The position numbers and the translations under genes were made by a program. A stretch of 64,000 nucleotides of DNA from NCBI GenBank assembly GCA_034780895.1, contig JAUZTB010000087.1, forward strand, positions 82,625,383 to 82,689,382, read 5' to 3'. Positions within the stretch are counted from its first letter, which is position 1. Each line of letters opens with the position of its first letter. Below the pieces are notes generated by a model, which did not search any database, was not told the origin of the DNA, and saw only the letters and a program-made list of their open reading frames with translations. This document shows, piece after piece, positions 13,763 to 24,074 of this stretch. This DNA is from Rhynchobatus australiae (Eukaryota).

Positions 13763-14069
13763 GGTGGCATGGCAGTGTAGCGGTTAGCGTAATGCTATTA
13801 CAGCACCAGCGACCTGGGTACAATTCCCGCCGCTGTCTGTAAGAAGCTTGTACGTCCTCCTTGTGCGTCTGCGTGGATTTCCTCTGGGTGCTCCGGTTTC
13901 CTCACACATTCCAAAAGGACGTACAGGTTAGGACTCATGGCCATGCTATGTTAGCACCAGAAGAGTGGTGACACTTGCGGGCTGTCCCCAGCACATTCTC
14001 AGTAATGCAAAAAAATTCATTTCACTGTGTTTCGATGTACACGTGACTAATAAATAAATATCTCATCTT
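13763..14069 (+). mobile_element. Near full-length tRNA-derived V-SINE
   Basis: A-box-like 'tggcagtgtagcgg', B-box-like 'ggtacaattcc', V-domain 'tgcgtggatttcctctgggtgctccggtttcctcacacattccaaa', tail 'aataaatatctcatctt'; many CpGs retained. Confidence 0.92.
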
Positions 14070-15792
14070 AAAAACAGCCATAAAATGAGCTGTTTCTCCA
14101 ACTGCTCATTCACCTCCATCTCCCAAATAGACATACCCATCTCCTTTAAAAGAATATATTCCAAATTAATGTTATACAATAATTGTGTTGCTGGCCATGA
14201 AGCTTGCTATCCCTAACAAGGTTGAAAACTGGAAAGGGGCAGTATATGTGACATGATCATGTTTTCTTTCTTAATATTTGATAGGATTATCTTGGAAATT
14301 CATCTTAAGAACTGATGCCTCTGCAACATAGAAGGAAATTGACCTATATTTTAAAAATTAGACTTTGGATGTCAGATTAGTATTTTAGAAGTTCCTTGAC
14401 CGCCAAGACAGATGGATGGTCATTCTAATCACTGGCAAGCTTGTTGATCATTCAAGGAGAAATTATCTTCAAGGTATAAATATATCCATTAATAGTAAAT
14501 AGACCTTTATGGAGTTAATACTAAACAGATGACCTTCGCAGCTGGAACTGTCATCCTCCAATACTGGCAGTTCAAATGGCATATTTTCTTAAGATAACTT
14601 AACCATGTTCAGAAGGGATCCTTTCAATTGGCTAACCAGTAAAATATTACACCCATCTTAATATAGTATTGTTTTGGAATGTTTCTTTAAGCACTGAAGG
14701 ATGCAAAATTTTGCATACAATGTTATGAGGAAAAAAACTGACAGTTGAAAACTGACAGTTAAGACATCACATTAGAAACAGTGTTATTGCCAAAGCAGGT
14801 GCTATTGAAAATTGTACTGTGGGTTATTTGCACCTTTTATAAATAGTCTATTAACACTTTCTGAATATTTTATTATATAACCATGTGTTGTTAATGGCTA
14901 ATTAATCAACTGGACTGTAGAACAATTAGATTCTGGAATGCAGATGACAAATATAATCATATTCAAACTGCAATGAATTGCTTTTGCTACAAATTGAACT
15001 GTGATATATTTGACAAATATATACATGCACAATACAGCATTTCAAACCCCTTAATTTTGTCCCTGAACCAGCCCTGTTTTGCAAACAGTGTTAATTATCA
15101 GATCGAATGCTTGTTAAACATGGTAAAGAAAGAAAGCTACTTATCTTTTCCACCTTTTCTTCACACATGTTATAACATTGGGCATACTTCTACCTTTTCA
15201 TTCCCATTGTAAGCAAAAGCTGGTGGTGTGGGATATACACTGCTGTTCATTCTGCATCTATAAAGATAAAAGACAGCTTAATAGCTTGAGTGTAAGGTTC
15301 TTCTTTGGCCCTGATCACTGCAGAATTACATACACTCTGACAGCATTTCTAACTTTCTGGCTTTTGGGCCCTCAGTTTATGCTGGCATGTAGTCTCCATG
15401 TAAACAAAGAGTTCCAGTCATAATAACCACCCTGTTTGACATCCCTTCAATCACCGATCCAATACAGCCTTGTCATTATAATGATTGGGGCAGAAACTAA
15501 TCCTGAAATTGAATTCCACATCTTCTCATCCATCAGATGTTTCAAAAAGGGCTTTTTCCTGTCTTGTGAAATAAATCATTTAACTCGCTATCACCAAATT
15601 TTTTAAAAATTCATTATCGTAGATTATACTTTATCTTGGAAGTTAATGTTCTCACCAGCAGCCAACTATATCATGCAACATCAAAAAGTTCAAATCATTT
15701 ATGCTCTAGTTTTATAATTCTAATCCACTGGGCAGAGTTTTCACTTTTAAACTGTCTGTATCAACTGATACTACATCCCACATGGGAGATGT

Positions 15793-16042
15793 AATATAAT
15801 ACTACAGGTTTTGAAAAGCTAAAACAAAATGGAAAATGCTGAAGAAACTCCAGCTCATGCAGCATCTATGGAGAGAAAAGTTCAAATTTCAGATTGATGA
15901 CTTTTCATCAGTGCTGATTGAAAGTCATCAACACGAAATGCTAACTCACTTTTTCTCTCCATAGATGCTGTCCAGCCCACTGAGTATTTTCAGCATTTTC
16001 CATTTTGTTTCAGATTTTCAAAACCTGCAGTATTTTATTTTT
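15793..16042. repeat. About 250-bp palindromic element (two inverted Penelope-type termini)
   Basis: Arms of about 120 bp are reverse complements around 15912/15913; flanked by 'tgggaga' at 15783-15789 and 16043-16049 (candidate TSD). Confidence 0.9.
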
Positions 16043-16184
16043 TGGGAGAAATATATATTAATTAGAAGTAAATTGCGAATAAGCATGTCAGGAAGAATAT
16101 TTCAAACAAGAGCATCATACATTTTTGTATATTGATGATTTAAGTTCAAGTATATCGGTCATTATCTATGTTTGAAGAATGTGA

Positions 16185-16290
16185 TTCAGTGGTTAAAAGA
16201 AATTCTCCAATTCTTAACATTCTTATTGGGGGAACAATTTGGGAGTAGTGACCATAATTCAACAAGGTTTAAGGTAGTTATGGATAAAGG
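16185..16290 (+). mobile_element. CR1 endonuclease C-terminal fragment
   Basis: Translates to GEQFGSSDHNSTRFKVVMDK (APE endonuclease SDH motif). Confidence 0.7.
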
Positions 16291-16643
16291 TAAGACTTGT
16301 CTTGGGTAGATGGAGTAAGTGGGGGAGGGGAAAAAAACTATGTGATAAGGGGCTGTTGAGGGAGGGAGGGGAGGGGTGTGTGTAGGAGAACTTGGGTGGA
16401 TTAGAAGGAGAGAGAAGGGGACAGATGGGGACTNNNNNNNNNNNNNNNNNNNNNNNNNNNNNNNNNNNNNNNNNNNNNNNNNNNNNNNNNNNNNNNNNNN
16501 NNNNNNNNNNNNNNNNNNNNNNNNNNNNNNNNNNNNNNNNNNNNNNNNNNNNNNNNAGAGATCGGCATGGGAATGTGGGGGGTGGGGGGAACTAAAATGG
16601 CTTGCAACCGAGAGCTCTAGATGGCCATGCCCCCATTCCCACA

Positions 16644-17264
16644 CCGATCACAATATGATAGAATTCCAAATACAGTTTGAGGATGAACACTAACGGTCCA
16701 TAACCAGTGTCTTCAATTTAAATACGGGCAATTATAATGATATGAGGGAGGAGTTGTGCAAGGTAAACACAGGTCAGCACATGAACAGTGGCAGATATTC
16801 AAACAGCTGATCTATAATGCTCAGCAAAAGTTTATCCCAATTAAAAAGAGGGATTCCATAAGAAAGAGGCATAATTCATGATTCACCGAGGAGGTAAAGG
16901 ATAACATTAAATTGAAAAGTAGGATATGCAAAACAGCAAGGGCCAGCAATAGACAGAGGACTGGAAAGGTTTTAGGACCCAGCAGCACAAGCCTATAAAG
17001 CTCATAAGAAGGGAGAAATGAATTTTGGAAGAAAACTTGCACATTGTATATAAAAGCAAACAGTAAACGTTTCTATGGCTAGAGAAATAGGAAGAGAATG
17101 ACCAAGGTAAACGTAAGCCTGGTGAATTAACAACAGCAAACAAAGAAATAGCAGATATGTTGAATGTTTTTTTTGCATTTGTCTTTACCAGGGAAGACTT
17201 CACTGATATCTCTAAGACATCATGTGGTCCAATTTAAAATAATGTGATAGAACAATCCCAATTA
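16644..17264 (+). mobile_element. CR1 endonuclease-to-RT linker fragment; resumes at 18187-18226
   Basis: DHNMIEFQIQFE...FNLNTGNYNDMREELCKV and EIADMLNVFFAFVFTRED. Confidence 0.8.
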
Positions 17265-18179
17265 TACCACCGTAGTGGGTCATATCTCAAATAATGATGA
17301 GTCGGAGTACAGGAAGGAGAGAGAGAGCTTAGTGACATGTTGTCATGATAACAACCTATCCCTCAATGTTAGCAAAACAAAACAGCTCGTCATTGACTTC
17401 AGGACAGGGGNNNNNNNNNNNNNNNNNNNNNNNNNNNNNNNNNNNNNNNNNNNNNNNNNNNNNNNNNNNNNNNNNNNNNNNNNNNNNNNNNNNNNNNNNN
17501 NNNNNNNNNNNNNNNNNNNNNNNNNNNNNNNNNNNNNNNNNNNNNNNNNNNNNNNNNNNNNNNNNNNNNNNNNNNNNNNNNNNNNNNNNNNNNNNNNNNN
17601 NNNNNNNNNNNNNNNNNNNNNNNNNNNNNNNNNNNNNNNNNNNNNNNNNNNNNNNNNNNNNNNNNNNNNNNNNNNNNNNNNNNNNNNNNNNNNNNNNNNN
17701 NNNNNNNNNNNNNNNNNNNNNNNNNNNNNNNNNNNNNNNNNNNNNNNNNNNNNNNNNNNNNNNNNNNNNNNNNNNNNNNNNNNNNNNNNNNNNNNNNNNN
17801 NNNNNNNNNNNNNNNNNNNNNNNNNNNNNNNNNNNNNNNNNNNNNNNNNNNNNNNNNNNNNNNNNNNNNNNNNNNNNNNNNNNNNNNNNNNNNNNNNNNN
17901 NNNNNNNNNNNNNNNNNNNNNNNNNNNNNNNNNNNNNNNNNNNNNNNNNNNNNNNNNNNNNNNNNNNNNNNNNNNNNNNNNNNNNNNNNNNNNNNNNNNN
18001 NNNNNNNNNNNNNNNNNNNNNNNNNNNNNNNNNNNNNNNNNNNNNNNNNNNNNNNNNNNNNNNNNNNNNNNNNNNNNNNNNNNNNNNNNNNNNNNNNNNN
18101 NNNNNNNTGATCTGTATGAACAGTATGCAAGACAAGTTTTTCACTGTACCTTGGTACAAGTGACAATAATAAACCAATA
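17265..18179 (+). mobile_element. 5'-truncated Rex1/Babar-type LINE nested in CR1 (interior is an N gap)
   Basis: TTVVGHISNNDESEYRKERESLVTCCHDNNLSLNVSKTKQLVIDFR (post-ADD RT region); tail 'gtgacaataataaaccaatac'; TSD ccaatta at 17258-17264 and 18180-18186. Confidence 0.85.
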
Positions 18180-18227
18180 CCAATTACATGAGATAACATA
18201 TTGGAGAAACTATGAAAGGTGGACAAG

Positions 18228-18994
18228 TTTGGGCTGCATGCTAGGGTTAAGAGGAAAGTATGCAGTAAATGGCAGGACCCTTTGGAGCACTGATGTACAG
18301 AGGGATCTTGGGGTTCAAGTCCATAGCTCCCTAAGAGTAGTGGGTAGGATGGCGAAGAAGATGTATGACATACTTGCCTTCATTGGTCAGGGCATTGAAT
18401 ATAAAATTTGGGAAGTCATGTTGCAGCTGTGGAAAACTTTGGTAAGGCTACATTTGGAGGATTGTGTACAGTTCTGTTGCCACAGTTTAAGGAAGGATGT
18501 GGTGGCTTTGGAGAGGGTGCAGAAGAGGTTCACCAGGATATTGCCTGGATTGGAGTGTATTGGCTGTAAGGAGAGTTTGGACAAACTTGGATTTTTTTTG
18601 TCTGGAATGTTGGAACCTTCAGAATGACCTGACAGAAGTGTAAAAATTATGATAGGCATAGATAGAGCATATAGTCAGAGTCTTTTACTCAGGGTGGTAA
18701 TGTCAAATACTGGAGGGCATAGTTTTAATGTGAGAGGGGTAAAGTTTTAAAGGAGATGTGTGAGGCAAGATTTTCTTTTACACAGAGTATGTGGAACACA
18801 CTGCCGGGGAGGTGGTAGAAACAGATAAGATAGCAACATTTCAGAGGCATTTTGACAGACACATGAACAGACAGGGAATAGAACAATACAGACCACGTGC
18901 AAGCACATGGGATTTATGTTGGTTGGCATCATCGTTCGAGTAGATATGGTGGGCTGAAGGGCCTGTTCTTGTGCTGAACTCTTCTATATTCTAT
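18228..18994 (+). mobile_element. CR1 LINE 3' portion with 3' UTR
   Basis: QRDLGVQVHSSL, KTLVRLHLEDCVQFC, LERVQKRFTRILPGL; ends 'gggctgaagggcctgttcttgtgctg...ttctatattctat'. Confidence 0.95.
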
Positions 18995-19068
18995 CCCTTT
19001 CATATGTGGAATGTACAGGGCTCTCCTTTCTATTTCTTTGAACTGCTCTGGTCTGAAGTACCTATCAG

Positions 19069-19232
19069 GTGGCGGATGAGGGAAGATGTAGCCGCAGATC
19101 TCCAGCTTCCTGCAGCAGAACAAGTTCAACAAGGTGGCCAAAGCCTTCCTGAAGTAGTCCAACATGACAATTCCAGATATAAAGTCAAAATATCAGAGCT
19201 TAGGGAACTCTTATGGTCTTCTCCTGACATAA
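19069..19232 (+). pseudogene. Disabled N-terminal LisH fragment resembling NOLC1/Nopp140 (probable retro-fragment)
   Basis: Frame from 19086 reads M*PQISSFLQQNKFNKVAKAFLK*SNMTIPDIKSKYQSLGNSYGLLL; matches the recalled NOLC1 pattern LYP.V..FL..N....VA..F.K....T..D....SL...Y; two in-frame TAGs. Confidence 0.55.
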
Positions 19233-20883
19233 ACCTAGCAGCAGGTTCCCATTGCATGGTGCTTGAGTGGTGAAATATAAAGATGGAGAAAACAAAAAAA
19301 GAACTTGCAAAATTGTGAAAAATCTAACTTCCACATCTTTGATGCAAACTTTGATGCTAAACCAAGAAACTTCTAAATTAACTTCATTATTTTTCAATAG
19401 CCTACTTATTCAAAATTAAACGCCATATTTAAAATTGAATGAACTTTCTTTCCAACACATTTTACTCTGATCCAATTCTATGTTGGCAGAAATCTGAAAA
19501 GAGTGCAAATGTTTCTTGCACACAAAAGGCTGCTCATTTATTCATGAAGTTTGTCACTTGCTGGCATGGTCTCCATATTAAAAATAAGCAACCTTGTCCC
19601 TTGTTCAGAAATTCAATATGGCAGCCATGTAACTAAAAACATTTGATAAACAGATCAGCTTTGAGACTTCCATATCAATTACTGTAACTTAATATATACT
19701 GACTTATTTTCTCAGTAAACAAGTCGACCTACAAGATATATTTCTGGTAAATATGCCACAAATGTTAATATTTTAGCATGCAATCATCCCACATCAAGCA
19801 CACAGGGCACAGTAAGTTAGTTATTATTGTGGCATTTGTTGTCATCAGAAGTAATCAAAACAGAATTTAAAATAAAAACAATCTCCCATGAAATGCATAG
19901 TTTAGTAAATAAAAATTGACATAAACTTTTCTGTCAAGGCTTTAATCTTGCATACCTGAAACTGAATCCATCTATAATGTTTCATTCTCCACAAATTTGA
20001 CCTTCATTACTGTATCCTGAGAGGACATTATTTTGATCTAAAATTGTACAAAGTTCAGCCGGATAGGTAACATATTTTAATTATATATCATATGGCTAAC
20101 GTTTAAAAAATGTTCCAGTGTATACCGAGTCAGTGAATGTGATTTATTTAACTTAGCTTTTAGGACAAAGTATTAAGAATTCAGGTATTTTACTACAGTT
20201 ATATAATATTTTAAGATATCTACAAGTGGAATTTTGTTGCCTGATCTCAACAGTTATATGGAAAATTATGTTTTACAATTTATAGCAAGCTCATACAATA
20301 AAACATATTTTAAATGTTTGTAATTTGTGAAATTCTTCAAGTTTTTACCTTTTTGAGAAATATACTTCGTGACAGGTCATTATAACAATATCTATATGAC
20401 AGTTACACCCTGATGCAGTCAGACCTGAAACATTACTGCCCTCGTTGACGACATCCAGTGGAGGAATCGTGGCTTGCTTCACAAAACCGTGCAAATTTAT
20501 TTAAACAAATCAGAATTAATTGGTTTTACAGATAACTCGGCGAGGCAAATTCCCCCTTCTGCGAGATTATTTTAAAGCAGTTCCGTGCCATGGGACAATC
20601 GGGAAACCGCTCTGCAAATTACTCTCCCAAGTTTTCCTCCACTGCCAAAGTTTGCAATACACGATCGTCAGGTCAATTTCCGTTATTACTTTACAGCCAC
20701 CTGATTAAAAAACAACTGGAAGATTTTCACCAGGGCAAAACAAAATAAGAAAACTCCCTACCGAAGAAAACTAGCCAGGCATCTGCAAAAACAAAAAGAA
20801 CCCCGAAACCACCCCGTCCCCAGTTGCAGCAACTAATGACAACGGGAGAGGGTTTCTTTCGGCTCGGAGCCCCGGCGGCCGCG

Positions 20884-20916
20884 TGACGTCATGGCCGAAC
20901 AGGTTGAATGACGTCA
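20884..20916. promoter_or_regulatory. Two full palindromic CRE sites (TGACGTCA)
   Basis: Exact TGACGTCA at 20884-20891 and 20909-20916. Confidence 0.75.
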
Positions 20917-20958
20917 CCGCTGTTTGCTGACCCGCCGTCTGGCGCCTCACAACAAACG
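20917..20958 (+). other. Probable first exon of a + strand gene (start approximate)
   Basis: Consensus donor ACG|gtaagt at 20959-20964 just downstream of the CRE pair, inside the CpG island. Confidence 0.65.
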
Positions 20959-21729
20959 GTAAGTTTGGAACCCGCCGCCAGCGCGCGCCCGAACCTTCCA
21001 ACGGACACGGCTCGCGGGCCGGCGGCGCCGCGCCCGCTCCCCTCCGCCTCTGCCGGCCGGCTGGGAGGGAGAGAGGGAGGGAGGTGGGTGAAGCGGGGTC
21101 GCCGACGCGCCTGTGAGTTAATCCGGACTGTGGCAGCGGGCGGTCCGTCCGTCTCACTCAGTGTGAGTGATGAACGTCCCCGGGCGGAGGAAGCAGACAC
21201 TTTGCCTCCCATCCCCAGCCGCCTCACTTCTTTTCCCCTCACCACCACAATTATCTCTTAACACTAGCGCTCCTCAGGAGGGAGGGAGGTGGGTGGGTAA
21301 ATAAACACTACAAAACTCTCAAGCTGAAATTTAAAACAGTTGCATTTTTCCCCAGTGCCCACAGGTTTCTGCTATTTTAGTTCTACGTTACGGTCGCAAT
21401 GTTGCGTTAATTATCAGATAACGGAGCTGTCGAAGGGTTGGCAAGGATTATCGGGTTTAACTTTTGAGGAGTGTTTTTCCACTTGGGGCTCAGTGTACCT
21501 GTTTTGGCTTTGTTCTGCCCGAGTGTGATTGAGGCCTTTTACCTCTCCTCGGCTGGAATTGAGTGAGTAGGCCAGTGGATTTCAGGCCGCTTTATTTATA
21601 ATCTGTCACCTGCCGCTTTGCGAGCCGTCGGGGAGGTGGGAGGGGGGTGGGGGAAAGACATTATACAAAACACGAAATGCGTAGAAACTAAATAGGCGAC
21701 GGACGGGCGGATGGCGTCAACCTAGCTTG

Positions 21730-22202
21730 CTGTCAGAAAAACTCGGGCCGACCGCGGCCTGATTGACGTGCCGTGCAACGAATGATCTGCGCTCCCTGCC
21801 TGATGGATGTGGCAGGTGGCCAATGGTCTCACGGCGATAGGCGATCGACGTGGCGGGTGGCCAATGGCGTGCACAGGCAGGCGTCGTTGACGACGCGACT
21901 AGTCAATGCATCGACAGCTGGGGGTGATTGACAGGTGTCAGGGCCAGTCAACTGCTCAGACTTGATGATTGACAAGCCAGCGAGACAATGAAGACTTAGC
22001 GCGTCTCTGTGCCTCCCACTCGCTTGAAAATGATTGATCGACCAGTGTTCGTGATTGACAGCGGCTTGGGGCAATCGAGGCGTGGGGTGTTACATAATGG
22101 AAATTTGGACGGGTCTGAAGCCAATCAATCTGGTCGGCAGGGCTATTAGTATCGAGACCGTGGGTGCAATGTTACACCAATCAGTGTAGTGTCGGGGCGG
22201 GA
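21730..22202. promoter_or_regulatory. Cluster of PBX/PREP/MEIS motifs and CCAAT boxes (probable second promoter or enhancer)
   Basis: TGATTGACAG at 21925 and 22052; TGATTGACAA at 21966; TGATTGACG at 21760; TGATGGAT at 21801; TGATTGAT at 22031; CCAAT at 21820, 21861, 22121 and 22177; GC box at 22194. Confidence 0.7.
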
Positions 22203-24017
22203 TGTCTGGTTATCATGTTAGGTTGTCTTTTGTGTATACAGAAGATGGATACAGTATTCAAAGTGTCTACTTTGGAAATGTGTTTTATTTCGGGAAATAT
22301 ATCCTTGTGCTTGGCCAAGTGAGGTACGTGACTTTTAAAAATGGCAGTAGTAATAGCAAATAATCTAGACACTTGTGTTTTGTCCGCTTTGATTATCATG
22401 ACCAAGTCAAATTTTGGATTAATTTGCGACTTCTGATGGTCGCTTCAGTGAATTATGGGCTTTTGAAGGCTGTATTAATCCGGTATCTGTGTCGAGTACC
22501 CTCTTTCTCCATCTGTTCCCCCCCTCCTCTCCATAACGTCCTCGGGGGAAAAGGTGATATAGATTTGAGTAGGTGTGGGGGTGCAGGAGTGAACATTTTT
22601 AAAAAATCAGATCTAAGTGGGAATTTTAAATTCCTTTGTTCGTTTGACATTCGCAGTATCAAGTTTTCATTTAAAAACAAATCATTGTCTTTAGTTTACG
22701 ACAGAATATTCTTTGAGTGAAAATGCTAATAGTTTAGTAAAAGTCTGGAAGTGTATTACCAGGCCCCAGCTGCTGAAGATGCAAATAGTTTTTTTTTCAT
22801 AGCCTTTTCGGTTGTCGATTCTGAATTAATTTAATAAGAGAAAGGGGTGGCCAGTGGTGTAAAGGAGTTTGAGATGGGTGGGTGCGGGGGGTTTGGTGCT
22901 CGGGCTGGAAGGGAGGTTTTGTTTTTGTTTGTTAATTACTTCTGGCCAATTCTAACTCTTACATCTGATTTGTTTTTGGGCTTTCTTTTGTACTACATTG
23001 TGCTAGCTATCTAGTTTCCCTCGAAATTATTTTCAAATTTGGATGTCGCAAATGTCCTTTCTATTTCATTCTCATTTCATCAGTTTATATATTTGCAAGA
23101 AGCTGTCGCGCAATGGCTGATAACATTCTTAAAATTACTTGATATAAAAACGGTAAGCCATTACAGTAGTTTTGTTTTGTAAATCAATCATTAGGTGTTG
23201 ATGTAAAACAGATAATACTTAAAAATAGCCCAGTAAAAACTTGTATATTATTTCCTTTACTTAAAATGACCAATTAGTGTCTATTTGCATTTTACTTGTG
23301 TTTCTGTATTTTATAATTTGTACAGAGGTTGATACGTTTTTAAAGAAAGTAATTAAAATGGCACCATATTTCATCATCTGTTTTGTAGAAATATTTTTAG
23401 GTATCGCCATGGAACAATATATGTGAGAGCTCATTATTCTGAATGTTCTGGAAGAATTCAAGGTTGCTTGTTATTTTGTTCTCCGTCTATAGTGCATATT
23501 TTAAACAACAAAAGGAGTTGTTAATTACAAACTCCTAGGTGTTGTCTAACTATTCTGTGGACTTTTTCCAGTGTGTATCAGTTGTTTCAGGCATTGTTGC
23601 TGTTTTGGGTTATAAGTAGAGTGTGGCCATAAGAATATAAGTTTCTTATTGGGTATCAGTGGTTTCACTTCACTAACAGCATTTGGATTTTGTGTGTGTG
23701 TATATGTACTTTAAATAATACTGGGCAACATTATGGCAATATGGCTTATGAGGGGAATATTGAAATTTGTTATGTAATAGTATAACAAAATAAACTATGA
23801 AGAAAGTATGATCAGGTGTTAGAATGTAGTGTTTGAATGGTTTTATTTCTTGATTGTGTGTGGGGGGTGTCTGCTGCAAAAGAATACACTTTCAATAAGT
23901 GTTTTTGTTTGGTTTGTACTTGGAAATAAATAACTCTGGAGAAAAATATACATTAACAAATCTGACATTAAAATATGCACAAGCTGATTTAATTTTACTT
24001 TATCCTATGATTTTCAG

Positions 24018-24074
24018 AGCCCTTGACAAAGTTTAGAATATTTAAATCATTGTTCTACCATAAAGGGTTCTCAG
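24018..24074 (+). other. Candidate 57-nt internal (5' UTR?) exon
   Basis: ttttactttatcctatgattttcag acceptor and CAG|gtaatg donor; splice signals only. Confidence 0.3.

Larger units (their letters stand above)
20790..22210. promoter_or_regulatory. CpG island promoter
   Basis: Abrupt rise in GC and CpG density against a CpG-depleted background; GC boxes, CRE sites, CCAAT boxes and splice donors. Confidence 0.92.

Noticed and set aside
14735-14762. Tandem 14-bp duplication aaaactgacagtt(g/a)
   Set aside because: Ordinary slippage duplication with only two units.
17275-18627. 450-aa ORF and other long ORFs containing X runs (16186-16693, 51468-51947, 53951-54349)
   Set aside because: Read-through of N gaps; the real parts are Rex/Babar and CR1 remnants.
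18929-19273. Protein-looking ORFs 18929-19165 (-) and 18971-19273 (+)
   Set aside because: Shadow frames of the disabled LisH-like fragment; both also extend into the CR1 tail.
20771-21261. Three overlapping 117-128 aa ORFs in the CpG island
   Set aside because: Expected from stop-codon scarcity in GC-rich DNA; low-complexity R/P/G/A composition; the + ORF runs through a consensus splice donor.
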